Source of the DNA: Octopus sinensis
Taxonomy: Eukaryota
Direction: 5' to 3'
Assembly (NCBI RefSeq): GCF_006345805.1
Contig: NC_043011.1
Location: 47,132,464-47,196,463 of the forward strand
Length of the DNA stretch: 64,000 nucleotides
The notes beneath the pieces were generated by a model, which saw only the letters and a list, made by a program, of their open reading frames with translations, had not been told where the DNA came from and made no database searches. A program made the position numbers and the translations under genes. Shown piece after piece: positions 24,855 to 38,311 of the stretch. The number at the start of each line of letters is the position of its first letter. Within the stretch, counting starts at the first letter, position 1.

Positions 24855-25224
24855 CATGGACTGAAGCAGACAAGGAAACAGAGGAAACAGAAGGCGGGAT
24901 AAATACAGGTGAGGAACTGACACAATCCTATGGACAAGTGTTAAACTAAGTAGAGATATTGTCATGTGTGTCTTTCATTGAATCCTATATGACATAAGTA
25001 TGTAGACTGAATAATATCTCAGAAGGGGAGGGATGGGTCAGGGAAGAAAAAATAATCTTATATTGAAAAGAAAAAAACTGAGGAAGAAATCAAACTCTAT
25101 TGACATTTATACATTTTTAGGTTACACTCAGTTTCATGAAGTATTCAATAAGGGTGAAAAATCAATACATACACAAACATACATAAACATATTTACACAC
25201 ACACACATATATATATGTATGAGC

Positions 25225-25385
25225 GAAATCCTTAGTGGTATTTTGCCTGTCTTTACATTCTGGGTTCAAATTCCCCCAAGGTCGACTTTGCCTGTTATCC
25301 TTTCAGGGTTGATGAAATAAGTACCAGGTGATAGAACTGACTATCCCTTCTCCCAAATTTCAGGCATTGTGCCTTTAATAGAAAG
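25225..25385 (+). mobile_element. SINE family C variant, 5'-truncated
   Basis: gcgaaatccttagtggtatt...gttcaaattcc..gtcgactttgcc...aagtaccag. Confidence 0.7.
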
Positions 25386-25386
25386 G

Positions 25387-25462
25387 ATCATCATCATCAT
25401 CATTATTATTATTATTGATATTATTATTATTACTATTATTATTTTTATTATTATTATTATTA

Positions 25463-25519
<57 letters not shown>

Positions 25520-25567
25520 CATCATTATTATTATTATTAATATTATTATTATTGTTATTATTATTAA

Positions 25568-25618
<51 letters not shown>

Positions 25619-25620
25619 CT
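25387..25620. repeat. (ATC)n-(ATT)n trinucleotide tract
   Basis: Direct reading; source of the poly-I/poly-L ORF. Confidence 0.95.
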
Positions 25621-26087
25621 TTATCTCTGACCTATGATATTAATATATTAAGAACAAAGTTGAAATTTAGTCTTTTAACAGCAGATATATATCAGCAGGA
25701 TAACAGAGAATGTATTATATTGATATAAGGATGGATAGGTCAATATAGTTAATAGTAGAAATAGCAGTCAATATCACTTGGTGATTCACAGTATGTGTGT
25801 ATACTTTTTTTATATTAGTTTTGTCTTTACACTACGTGTATGTATGTGTGTATGTATGTGCAAATGAACACACACACACATGCACAGACACACAGTGAGA
25901 TAGAAAAATCTATAACCAAATCTCAGTAATATTCTCACATCAACTGCTGTGCTTCTATCAGTTTAATACATAATGCCTAGTGATTAAGTAAACATTTTAT
26001 GCTGAATATAATTACGATTCCCCGTGGTCTATTTTATGAATATGTAAGTATGAGTGCATACACACATATATGCACACACACACATGC

Positions 26088-26118
<31 letters not shown>

Positions 26119-26447
26119 GGTATACGTATGTACAGATATACTTATAAATAGGTATATTGGATGCACACACACATATATAAATATGCATATGTCCACATGT
26201 ATACATTTGTGCGCACATACATATAAGTATACATATGTATGTATGTATGTATATATATACATATCATCATCATCGTTTAACGTCCATTCTCCATGCTAGC
26301 ATGGGTTATATACATAAGTGTGTGTGTGTGTATACATATACAGAAGCATACAGACATTCATTTAAGCATGCATATACATATAGACACATATCTACATGTA
26401 CATATATATATATATGTATGTATATCTATATATATGTATGTACGTTG

Positions 26448-26482
<35 letters not shown>

Positions 26483-27164
26483 GTATATGTATGTATGTAT
26501 ATATATATATGTATGTATGCATAGGTATATATGTATGTGTGTATGCACATACATATGTATATGTATATGTGTATGTGTATATATATATATGTATGTGTAT
26601 GTGTGTATTTATATATCTGTTTCCATGCAAGGTAATATTTCCCAATACCTGGACATTTTTTTACAGAAGATTGGAATAATGGACACTATTTGTATAATGG
26701 TGATGCACTTTCATAACTGCCATTTGATAACAAAACAAGGGCAAACAAGGACGTGTACATAAATTCATATTTAACTTCATACTTCATACTTAAACACACA
26801 AAATTATATACATTGGACTTCCGTATCAACTGCACTCACTAGTTTTTCACATATATATACAGGTAGGTAGACAGAAAGACAGTCAGTAAAGATAAATAAC
26901 ATGTAATATGTTTTAAAATTCTTAGACAGAAAGGGAACAATCACTGTTTTGAAATCCAAAATTATTCAGGTTCTTATCACTGTGAGACCAGTTGTTACCT
27001 GGCTGATCATTTAAAGCTATGAGATCTATGTTGGTCCACAAAGTTAGTTCGATAAAAACTTACAAGCAAAAATTCAAACCTGTTTCTGGCTGAAAGGCCT
27101 ACGTGGGAAGGTTGTCCAGTGCTTGGGCAAGAATTTTCTCATATTCTTTCCTTTTTATTCTTTT

Positions 27165-27324
27165 ACTTGTTTCAGTCATGTGGCTGTGGCAATGCTGGAA
27201 CACTGCCTTTAGTCGATCAAGCAAATTGACCCCAGGACTTGTTCTTTGGAAGTCTAGTATTTATTCTATCAGTCTCTTTTGCTGAACCGCTAAGTTATGG
27301 CTACGTAAACACACCAGCATAGGT
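27165..27324 (-). mobile_element. SINE family B 3' portion
   Basis: cttttacttgtttcagtcatgtggctgtggc...ccgctaagttatgg..cgtaaacacaccagcat. Confidence 0.8.
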
Positions 27325-27682
27325 GGCAAGTTTGGTAGCCTTCAACTAACACTATCTCCTCCAAGACCCTGTGGCGCAAGTTGACCAAAACTGAGAGTAT
27401 GATAGAAGAAGGCTTGCTCGTCATTCCGTAGAAGAAAAAATTCAAATCGGACCAGGTTAAGATCAAAAATTGTTTACATCAAAAAGGTGCTTTTTTTTCT
27501 ATGAAAATCCTTACTTTTTACGATTTTTTGACTGCTGTGTTGCCATTTTTCGGTGTATTTCAACCAGAAATATGTTCACTTAAAGAGAATAACAAGCTAC
27601 ATAATGCAAAATTTTTACTTTTCAAAAATTCCAATTCTAAAGGGTCAAAACAAACCCGAGCAACACCGGGCGATACTGCTAT
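27325..27682 (+). mobile_element. Non-autonomous Helitron-like element, second copy, 5'-truncated
   Basis: Homologous to 2443-2798; hairpin CCCG-agcaacac-CGGG (27655-27670) 8 nt before CTAT (mutated CTAG). Confidence 0.7.
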
Positions 27683-28347
27683 TTTTTTTTTTTTTTTCAA
27701 ATAGTGTTATTTTTGGATGGGATATTGTGTTTTCCTTTCTTTTTATACAAAATGTCAAACTGAGCCTGAACACTCTCTACACAGTGGTGCTGCTGTATGT
27801 ATATTGGAGTGTTATAAGTGGAAAGATAGAAAGAAGAAAGAAATCAGAAAGTGGGAAATGTTCCTAGCTGGATATTACTCTTCTGGTGAGTCATTTCTTA
27901 TTCAGCATTTCTCTCCTCCCCAAATGGAATACAAGGCCTGGTCTTATTTGAATATCATTTTTGTGGCTTCCTTTGCTTTTTGCTGGATGCTTTTCCTAAC
28001 ACCAACCACTTTGCAGACTATATGGGATGTATTTTATTGTGGCACCAGCACCAGAGAAGTTGACATGTCGTTGAAAAGACATAAACGAAGCTTCCTATTG
28101 ATTCTACATATTCTCCTTTCATTTGTTATCGACCTTACAGTTTGTAGTGTTTGTATTTAACATGGCAACATTACCAATATTACAGGTAGAGAAGAGGCCA
28201 ATTGCAGAAGAGTAACTAGGGTGATATGGAAAGAGAAGTAAGAGTATGAAAGAAATATGAAACAGATTGATGGGATGATGGTATGTAAGAGTCAGGGAAA
28301 ATGCAAGAGGCAGCAAGAGGAAAAGAAATAGTAATAGCAGTGTGTAA

Positions 28348-28401
<54 letters not shown>

Positions 28402-30152
28402 GGTCTCTGGTGGTACAACATATTTGTTGGTAAGAGAGGGAGGGATTCTGATGGCAGTAACATATTTGTTGGTAAGAGAGAGAAAAAATGAATGATAGAT
28501 AATCGATGGCTGAGAAAGATAGCAGTAGAGAAGGGTAAATGTAATTACTGAAAAAGAGCACAAGTGAAGAATAGTCAAGATAGCAATGCTAAGAGAGTGA
28601 TGTCTATGGAAGATTAAACAAATGGCTAACAGTGGCATCATAAAATATTAGTTAACCAGAGGTAAAAGACATTTGCTCAAGGTGCTATATAAAGGGAACA
28701 AATGAGAAACTATGTAGATGTAAAGAGAACATTTTTTATCATACAGCCACACTAGATATTTACTTTGTATTTTTTGGTAAATTTGAGGATGGCAGCCTTT
28801 ATATCTAACTTATTTTGATATGCAATCTTCTTTTTTTTTTTGGTGTTTGGTATCTTTAGTATGAAGATTGATATTATATTGGAAACAAACCCATCACTAG
28901 ATACACAGAGTGACAGAATGAGTGAAAACTTTAAAAAAGTCAAAAAGTTGCTGACAGTAATAAAGAGATAGCTTATACATCAGAAAGGAAGGAATTTTTG
29001 TAGCAGTATTTTTGATATTTATGCCGTGTATAGATTATATGATATTCTTATGATAAGAATTGGAGGAGGTAAATTAAAACAAAAAAAATTATAAAAAGGT
29101 GATAAAACAAATGTCTGAATATGACAACATACATAGAAGTCTTTGAAGTTGGCCAAAAGATTTTAAGAACTCATTATTTATTATTCAATATTATCACGTT
29201 CTACCGAAACCTTTCTTCTTCTTCTCCATTCCACTTACACCGAACGAAAAACAATATGTAAATAAAAACTTTAAATCAGAAATCTTCAAAAACATTCCTG
29301 TTGAATTTCCTCGATATAAGTTAATATTGGGTTTTAATGAAAAGAATATTAATTTAGATAAATGATTGTATATAATGAAGGTAGGGGGATGTGATGGGAG
29401 TGAAAATGAGGAGATTGAAATTGTTGGCAGTGATGGAAAAAATGTTTGCTGTGATGTTAATATTCATTTTTAAGCCACTCTTAATGAGCTGATAATGTAA
29501 ACGAAGTTGTATATTTCTGTGATAGCATGCGTTTACTTGTCAATTGCATTAAAGTACTGCTAAAAAGGAACAGTTTTAGAACAGAATAATTTATCATGTT
29601 TAAAAAACTCTTTACTTAAGTATTTAACTCTTCTCTGATTCATTCTCCAGGGAAATACATGATGCGTTTCCTGTAATTTTGAAAATAATAGTATAGAATT
29701 TGGAGGGACTTAAGGAAATAACTAACTTGCACATTATGAAGCTGGTGTCCAGAACACAACTGAAAAACGTTTATACATAAAATCAAGAAGGCAGGTTTTA
29801 ATTTAAATGTGAACATTTTTAAGAAATATGTTTTGTGTCAAAGAATAAGAGGGCTGTCTCAGGAAGGGACTGAGATTAAAGAAATATTTTATAGTACAAT
29901 AAGAATTTGCAAATGAGATTTAGAGTTTACTGGTCACTCAGCTTAAGACCACCATCTAGCATCTTAGGCGCCTTTAGTGGAGTCCACTCAGATGCTAGCA
30001 TTCAGGCCAGGTTTTTGGCTTCAAGATATCTTTCTCCCACCTTCTCACTCGACCCAGAGACCCTGTACAACCTATTGGTACTATCTTCTTCCTAATGAAA
30101 ACGTGTGTGCACATGTATTTGAGTGAGCATATATATATATACACATGCAAGC

Positions 30153-30184
<32 letters not shown>

Positions 30185-30196
30185 TACACATGTGAA

Positions 30197-30540
30197 GGCG
30201 CATGGCTCAGTGGTTAGAGCGTCGAGCTTACGATCGTGAGGTTGTGAGCTCGAATCCCGGACCGGGCTGCGTGTTGTGTTCTTGAGCAAGGCACTTTATT
30301 TCACGTTGCTCCAGTTCACTCAGCTGTAGAAATGAGTTGCGACGTCACAAGGTGCCAAGCTGTATCGCCCCCTTTGCCTTTCCCTTGGATAACACTGGTG
30401 GCGTGGAGAGGGGAGGCCGGTATGCATGGGCGACTGCTGGTCTTCCATAAAACAACCTTGCCCAGACTTGTGCCTCAGAGGGTATCTCTCTAGGTGCAAA
30501 CCCATGGTCAGTGCCTGACCGAAGAGGGTCTTTACCCTTT
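30197..30540 (+). mobile_element. SINE family A, head H1 + tail T2, very young
   Basis: ggcgcatggctcagtggttagagcg...gctcgaatccc; CpG-rich; atatatacacatg on both flanks. Confidence 0.9.
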
Positions 30541-30559
30541 ATATATACACATGCAAGCA

Positions 30560-30682
30560 TGTATCTGACTCATACACTGTTCAATTCCCAGACATTTGTA
30601 CTTTACTGCATATGCTTTATACACACCTTTGACAAGTTGTGGTGCACCTGAGCACTGTATACAATAATTTCATTATTATTAT
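30560..30682 (+). mobile_element. Probable LINE 3' tail ending in (TTA)n
   Basis: tgtggtgcacctgagcactgtatacaataatttcattattatt; family unassigned. Confidence 0.35.
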
Positions 30683-30699
30683 ATATATATATATGAATC

Positions 30700-31725
30700 T
30701 GTTGTAGTTAGTATGCCCTAGATCGAACCACCATAGTACAGGACAAATACCTTGAAAAAATACAGAAGACCTTTCCTGCAAGTAATCAAAGATCATGATG
30801 GAGTGAATAACACTTGCTTCATAACAAAAGAGGCCAAAAAGTATAGTAAAGAACTAGAAACACAAAAATGACCACCTACAGAAGTTGAAGTGGCAGATAT
30901 TTGTGCACAAAGAAGAAAAAAAGCCAGCCGAAACTTGAAAAACACCGGAACCTAGTGCTTAATGGATGGAAAGGCAATGCATGAAAAATGCATAAAAGAA
31001 TAAAGGATGCTGATGTAGACCATCAGAGGAGACAGAAATGGCTTAGAACATTTGGTCTTAAACCAGAAACAGGAGGTCTCATCATTGCTGTGCAAGACCA
31101 GGGCCTTCCAGCAGAATCCAGTTAACATAGAATAATAACAGACAGCACCACCATCCCTTGTAGCATATATTACAAGCCCAGAAAATGCTTAGACAATATA
31201 TCCAACTTCATAACAAGGCAGCTGCATAAATCCACAGGAATACCTGTAAAGAATATAAGATTAAGATCACTGAGACCAGTGGGGGGACATCAGTTAGAAA
31301 CAGTCACAGAAAACAAGAATGCGACCATACTCTGAGAAATGCCTATTTAAGCAGACTTGGTAGTAACAGCAAACCGTCTGAACATCATTGTCAAGGATAA
31401 GAATGAGAAGAAATACCAAATAATAGACATGGAATTACCATTAGAGAGAAATACATCCACAAATACAAAAGAAAAATTATCAAAATACAAAGACTTAGAG
31501 ATAGAAATAAGCCAGATGTGGGCAATGAAAGCTGAAGTAATATTTATCATTGTCGGTGCTCCACCAACAAGCTGCCTGGTAACTTCAACATCTATGAGCT
31601 CCAAGAGATTCTAGGAACAGCTTGGATACTCAGAAAAATGCTCTCCCTTAAATAGTAGCAACACACCCTTTGGTGTCTTAGAATGATCAATTGGATCCCA
31701 ACTCTATGAAGCAGGGACCAGTAAA
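30700..31725 (+). mobile_element. 5'-truncated REL-endonuclease non-LTR retrotransposon relic (R4/Dong-like)
   Basis: Broken frames give KWLRTFGLKPETGGLIIAVQDQGL, ETVTENKNATIL*EMPI*AD.VVTANRLNIIVKDK..IIDM..P....EKLSKYKDL.IEI..MW....EVIFIIVGA, LGTA.ILRK.LS*: PD..D-K type endonuclease end; followed by (TGA/TAA)n. Confidence 0.75.
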
Positions 31726-31908
31726 TGACGATGAAGATGATGACGCTGATAATAATAATGATGATGATGATGTTGATGATGATAACAATGGTAATATTTG
31801 CAATATCAAGGTTTACACTTGCAAAAATAGATTTGGCTTTTATATGGCCCGTCTCCTCTAAATGTTGATCAAATGATATATATTATCCTATAATGATGCC
31901 TACCCTAA

Positions 31909-31983
<75 letters not shown>

Positions 31984-32559
31984 GTACAGATATGTATTTA
32001 TTTATAAATACATGTATATTTTATATATATTTAAATATATGTATACGCACATACACACACTAACATAACACACATTGAAGATTATTGCATCCATCTTTGA
32101 CAAGAAAGAAATTGCTATGGAATATATTATTTGGGCCTGGCATTTAAAGTCCATACCATTATATTACAGAAAGACTGTGCAAAAGTCAGTAATCTTTAGT
32201 GCTGATAGTCTGTCTACCACACAAATAAACTGAATTTCTGCTAGAAAAATTCCAAATTATTTTTTTTAAATCTCAATAATACATCATATATATTTCTTTA
32301 AAGAAGGAGAAAATATTACAGAAATGCAAATTTACTACTGCTGTTTAAAAAAAACAACAAAACAAATAAAAGTAAATACGTAAATATATAAAAATGAATC
32401 GATAAAAAAAGAAAACTGCGAGCAAGTGAGAAGAATATATATCTTTTTCCATGTAATTATTTTGAAACAACTAAATTTGAAATCTATGAAACTGGACTGA
32501 ATTGTTGATATTCTTATTTTTATTATTATTATTCACAAAACAAATTTAAGTTCATATAA

Positions 32560-32619
32560 ATACACACACACATATATATAGCTATGTGTGTGTGTGTATG
32601 TATATATATGTATATATAT

Positions 32620-32667
<48 letters not shown>

Positions 32668-32702
32668 CACACACATGTATATATATGTATTCATATACAT
32701 GC

Positions 32703-32759
<57 letters not shown>

Positions 32760-32760
32760 C

Positions 32761-32796
<36 letters not shown>

Positions 32797-32805
32797 GAAA
32801 ATATA

Positions 32806-32836
<31 letters not shown>

Positions 32837-32837
32837 G

Positions 32838-32871
<34 letters not shown>

Positions 32872-32902
32872 TATATATATATATATATATTATATATATA
32901 TA

Positions 32903-32963
<61 letters not shown>

Positions 32964-32975
32964 ATGTATGCATGC
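32560..32975. repeat. Large (TA)n/(GA)n/(TG)n compound microsatellite
   Basis: Direct reading. Confidence 0.95.
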
Positions 32976-35189
32976 ATGTATAAAATTCCAATCAAATTTA
33001 TATAGCCATTACAGCACAGAAAATTTTTCCAGAGTCTTTGCAAGCATTGCTAATATTACCAAATGGAAAGTGACTTTTAGTGCATCAAATGTCAGTGAAG
33101 CAGAATCTGGAGGAGAGAGAGAGAGAGAAAAGAGGGAGAGAAAAGAGGGAGAGAGAGAGAAAGAGAATCACTAGCAGAAAGTTGTTCTCTGTTTGTTACA
33201 TAAGGGAAATTTTAAACTTCTCTCCAACATATTTCATTTAGATTTGAGATGGTGCGTTGGGAAGCATGAAGAAAGATACCCAAGAAAGAGAAATACAGAA
33301 ATTCAAAGTAGAACGAACTATTCCATTGATTCTGGCAGTTCTCTACACGAGATTATAGTTGGCACTCAATGTAAGACTGATCATGTGAGAAGGAAACTTT
33401 CTGACTTTCACAAGAAACTTTATGTTTTTGTTTATTGTTTCCCCCCCCTTCATTTTTTTTTTCTTTTCGAATCTAAAATAAATGTTATAATATCTATCCA
33501 TCTATCTATTTGTCTATTTATCTATCTATCTATCTATCTATCTATTTTCTTTTCTTTAAGAATGACAGAAAAAAAATTAGGTAAATGAAAAAAAGGAATT
33601 CTTTGATTCCAGATTTATATACAACACAAACTTACCATAGAAGGAATATAGAATATTTAGGAAAGAAAAATAGGAAAAAAATAAAATCAAATATAATGCA
33701 ACTACTGCTGATTTAAATTTCACTATCTATAGGGGAAAATATGGTGGATATATTGCACTCACCAAACAATTCCTACCATGCTCCTCTCTCTCTCATGAAC
33801 CACCTGTCTCTTTTGACACCCACTTCCTTATAAACCATTCTTAACTTGCTACATCTTATATTCACTGCAATCACCTCCTCATCTATTTCCTGTCCATACC
33901 TTTTAACCTGTTCACTTCTTCTGGCCATTAATTACTTTACAATTCCTTCTAAGGACCTTTGCCAGAAACACTAGAGGTTTTCACTTCTCACAGTGACCTT
34001 AATTACAGACACTGACAAACTCTTGTTAAATTTGTATATATATATATATATTCGTTCGTTTATAGGATACAAGGAGTAGAAAGCAATGATGCTTCTTTCC
34101 CACTAAGAGCAATCGTGAGCTAAAGGTAGTGAAATGTCAGTTTTCTGTAATTTGAAATAAAGATGTTAAGTGACTCAATTATCAGAAACTTGTCTCTTGA
34201 TCTACTGTATTTACCATAAATATACAGTTGAAGAAATAAGAGTAGTAAGTTAGGACAGATGGTAGAGTACTTTGCTGTGAAATATTTTGGAGTATTTAAA
34301 TTCCACGCAGCTACATTTGGAGTTATTGAAGCGGTACCACAAAGACACTGCACCAAGTTAGTTGACAATATCTGCTAAGAATATTTATATGTCAGCTCAT
34401 ATCTATAAAATCAGCTTATAATATGTATATATAATATCTGCAATATTTACCTCTAACATCTGACACATCAGCTTATATTATATGTTTATAATATTTGCTA
34501 TATCTATTAAATCTGCATAATGCAACTGGTCTAGCAGTGAACAAAGATTACCGTTATAAAATGAAAACATTTTAAAGAATCATGGACTTATGATGTAACA
34601 AGAAAGTCTGTAAATGTTATATGTGAGAAATAAACAGAATAATGAACTAATGTGCTTCCTTATATGGAAAAAATTTTTGTTACCACGGATTCTGCATTTT
34701 AAACAGGAAAATGTGTGGCTGTACACAACAATGTATTCACTGCAAGCTTTTTTTTAATGCTATCACACATATCTTTATTGCTTTTCCTTGAAAAGTTGTT
34801 TAGAAAGATACACAGACACTGCAGAATTTTTCTGACTGCAGAACATGATCAAAGCCTTTCCTCTAGACACCAAAAGCATTAAATGATGTAGAATATGCGT
34901 AGGTAGGAAGAAACACTGTCTCTAGTTTTCCAGATATAACCTAAACAAATACAACTACAGACATGTCAGAGTCGGAGTTTTTCATGTATAGGAAGTTATT
35001 ATTATAACATAATAAGAAAAGGCAGCAAAACGTATACAAAAATATATTTCAGAGAATAACAAAGCAACTATATTCTGAGATATGCTAATCAACAAAGACA
35101 GGAGATCAAGTTTAATCAGTCAGATATTGTCATGAAGAACAACTAGGGATGGAACTGCCTCTTAATTGAAATATTTGTCCCAGCAGATG

Positions 35190-36430
35190 ATAATGTATCT
35201 CTAGCAGAAATTTGAAAGCAGAAATACCCTATAAATATAGGTGCATTGGGTATTATTAAAAGAGATGCAAATAAAAGCATAATTAAGATATGAGGATATA
35301 CAAATATACATCATATAGAGAAAGTAACACTACTAGGCTCTGTATACATATCATGAAAGATATTTACTATATTATGTAAAGTCCTTGCAATAATTGAACA
35401 AAAACAGAACACAAGACAGGGCTATGCTTGTGGTGCAATAACAGTAGAACTACTGAAAACCATAACAATCACTACAACAATATTAATGGTTTTTGATTTA
35501 AAAGCAAGGCAAGCTATTTTGAGGGGAAGGGGAAAAGGTAATGCTGTTGACCCCAGTACTTGACTGGCACAGATAAAAATGTGTCTCTAGTAGATGTTTG
35601 AAAGCAGAAATACCCTATAAATGTAGGTACATTGAGAATGATTAAAAGTGGTGCAAACAAAGGCATACAGAAAGTAGCATTACAAGGCTCTGCATACATC
35701 TTAATATTTATATATTATATTGTGTAGACTCCCTGCACTACGAGAGAATGACAACGAAACAGCACAAAGCCATGTTCATGGTGCGATAATAACAATTAAA
35801 CTATTCAACATCATCCTTTAAAGGTCCGTTTTCCATGCTGGCATGGGTTGGACGATTTGACCAGAGCTGAAAAGCCAGAGAGCTGCATTAGGTTCCAGCC
35901 TGATTTGGCTTGGTTTCTACAGCTGGATGCCATTATTAACACCCTCCTTTACTTGTTTCAGTCATTTGACTGTGGCCATGCTGGAACACTGCCTTTAGTC
36001 AAGCAAATCGACCCCAGGACTTATTCTTTGTAAGCCTAGTACTTATTCTATCGGTTTCTTTTGCCAAACCGCTAAGTTATGGGGATGTAAACACACCAGC
36101 ATCGGTTGTCAAGCGATGTTGGGGGAACAAACAGACACATAAACATATACACACACATACATATATTTCAGTTTCCGTCTCCCGAATCTACTCACAATGC
36201 TTTGGTCGGCCCGAGGCTATAGAAGACACTTGCCTAAGGTGGCATGCAGTGGGACTGAACCTGGAACCATGTAGTTCATAAGCAAGCTACTTACCACACA
36301 GCCACTCCAACACCTTCATCTTTACAATATATGCTGGGTTCTTTTAATATAGCATTGTTGGAAACAACAGCAACAATATTAGTGGTTTCTACTTTAAACA
36401 AGAGGCAAGCTATTTTGAAGGGAAGGGGAG
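35190..36430. repeat. Old diverged tandem duplication (~380 bp unit); second unit interrupted by nested D and B insertions
   Basis: tttgaaagcagaaataccctataaat at ~35211 and ~35597; aacaatatta.tggttt...ggcaagctattttga.gggaagggga at ~35476-35532 and ~36373-36430. Confidence 0.7.
35808..36355 (-). mobile_element. Family D 3' UTR interrupted by a family B SINE (35944-36310, TSD aacacc)
   Basis: D sequence stops at attaacacc and resumes at aacaccttcatctttaca; an almost full-length B copy lies between. Confidence 0.75.
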
Positions 36431-37371
36431 TAGGCAACCCCATCGCCCCCCCCCCAATATTTGACTGAAGCTTAATTTTAACAAGGTCCACAAGGGAATA
36501 TTTGAACACAGGATGTAAAAAGCCAGAGAAAATCCTCCAAGGTAAAATATTTTTGCCATTGCTCCAAGAATTCTGAAGCTTCTCTTAGTGTTTTAGCAGT
36601 GAGTTATGTCGTAGAAAGTACGAAGTGATTCTGCCGCTTTACTTAACATAATCAGATTAGTGGGTGTGTGGACAGGGAAGGTGGGCAGAGTTAAGAAAGA
36701 AAAGACAAGAAGGAAGGAAGGAAGGAAGGAAGGAAGGAAGGGAGAAGTGGTGATTTAACATGAAAAATAAAAGGAAAAAAAAAACGGAAGAAAAAATTTA
36801 AACAAAAGAAAGCTTTCTAATTGAAGATGTCTTTAAGGAAAAATCAAGTGTTGGCTGCGTATATTTGAGTGTAAAATGTGTATTATGGCGGAATGATAGG
36901 AAATGACAGGCCCACCATATACTATTTTAGAATGTCCTCTTTGATGTGACAACAGAATCAGCTAGATTCAACATTCAGATTGGTTCCACAATACTAATCA
37001 GCTTTCACTTTTCACTATAACACCAAACTGTTTAACGGAGGGTGAGGAGGACAAGGAGAAGGAGAAGGGGAGGGTCTTGGTTTCTTTCAGTTTTTTTTTA
37101 CTTTTTTCTCCGTTTTCTTTTTTTTCTTTTTCTTCCCCTGTTAATTTTATGGTTAAAAACCAATGACTACTTTAGCTTTTAAAACAAAGTGCTACTCTCT
37201 TTCTTTTTTTTTTTATTTTTGTCTCTCTTTTTTCTCACACTCACTCTCTGTCTGTCTGTCTGTCTCTCTCTTTCTCTCTTTGCGTTTTAGTATTTTAAAT
37301 ATAAAGTGCTACTCATGAATATTTTACGAAAATTAACATCATTGACAAAATAAAATACATTCTGTTATTCT

Positions 37372-37680
37372 TTTATTCTCTTATTTGTTTCAGTCATTTG
37401 ACTATGGCCATGCTGGAGCACCACCTTTAGTTGAACCAACTGACTCGAAGACTTATTCTTTGTAAGCCTAGTACTTATTCTATTGGTCTCTTTTTGCCGA
37501 ACTGCATATTAGCTCCCTCATTCCATCAAATTGACATTGTCATGGTTGAAGTGATTGCAGAACAATGTCAGATCAAGTGCTTGGCTCAAGAACACAACAC
37601 ACCACTTGGTCTAGGAATTGAAATCACGATCTACCAATCACAAGTGCAATACCCTAACAACTAAGCCAAGCACCTTCACA
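37372..37680 (-). mobile_element. Family B 3' fragment (37372-37500) and old H1-type SINE head (37560-37680)
   Basis: ttttattctcttatttgtttcagtcatttgac...; gtgcttggctcaagaacacaac...ccctaacaactaagcc. Confidence 0.65.
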
Positions 37681-38311
37681 AATATATACAACATGCAATA
37701 TTTTTTCTGACTCTTTGTATTTTGAGCTCAAGGATCAATGAAGTCAACTTTGCTTTTTGTATAAAGCTACAAGTCTCTGATATCCAAAGGACTAAAAAGT
37801 CTCTGTAGAAGGGCACCCAGGAGTTATGTCCTAGATATGCTCTGGCCCCCTTAAAATGTCAGCAGTTAAGGGCTGAAATACTTGCTTGAAGAGGGTTTCT
37901 TCTCTGTTGTTCAGTTCTCTTGAGAGTTTCTTACCAATCAAATGCTGGAGTAGCTTTAATCAACTACCGTACCTCAAAATTGCTGGCCTTACTTCTACAT
38001 CAGAAATTATTATCAATATAACAGAACTGTTTAATATAATCAGTAAAGCACCAAACAAATTATGTCATGGTATTTAGTTTTGGATTTATATTCTGAGATG
38101 AAATCCTGTTGATATTGACTTCACCTTTGAAATTATATAAAGTAGGTACTAATATATCACTGGGGTTGGTTAATCAACCTATTCACTAACCCAAATATAT
38201 CCAGTGTGGGATTATGTTAGAGAAGTATAGGATGACATATCATTATATTTCACATAAACAAGGAATTAACACAAAAATGTGGATTGTTCAAATGGTATTA
38301 TCATAATAGAA

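Noticed and set aside
30197-30275. SINE heads as functional tRNA genes (also 4880-4955, 12892, 55885)
   Set aside because: A and B boxes are present, but acceptor and anticodon stems do not close and each continues into a SINE body.
33193-33588. 131-aa ORF as a single-exon gene
   Set aside because: Starts at TTG, ends in low-complexity F/LSI repeats and has no recognisable domain; only the internal exon-like part was kept as a weak finding.
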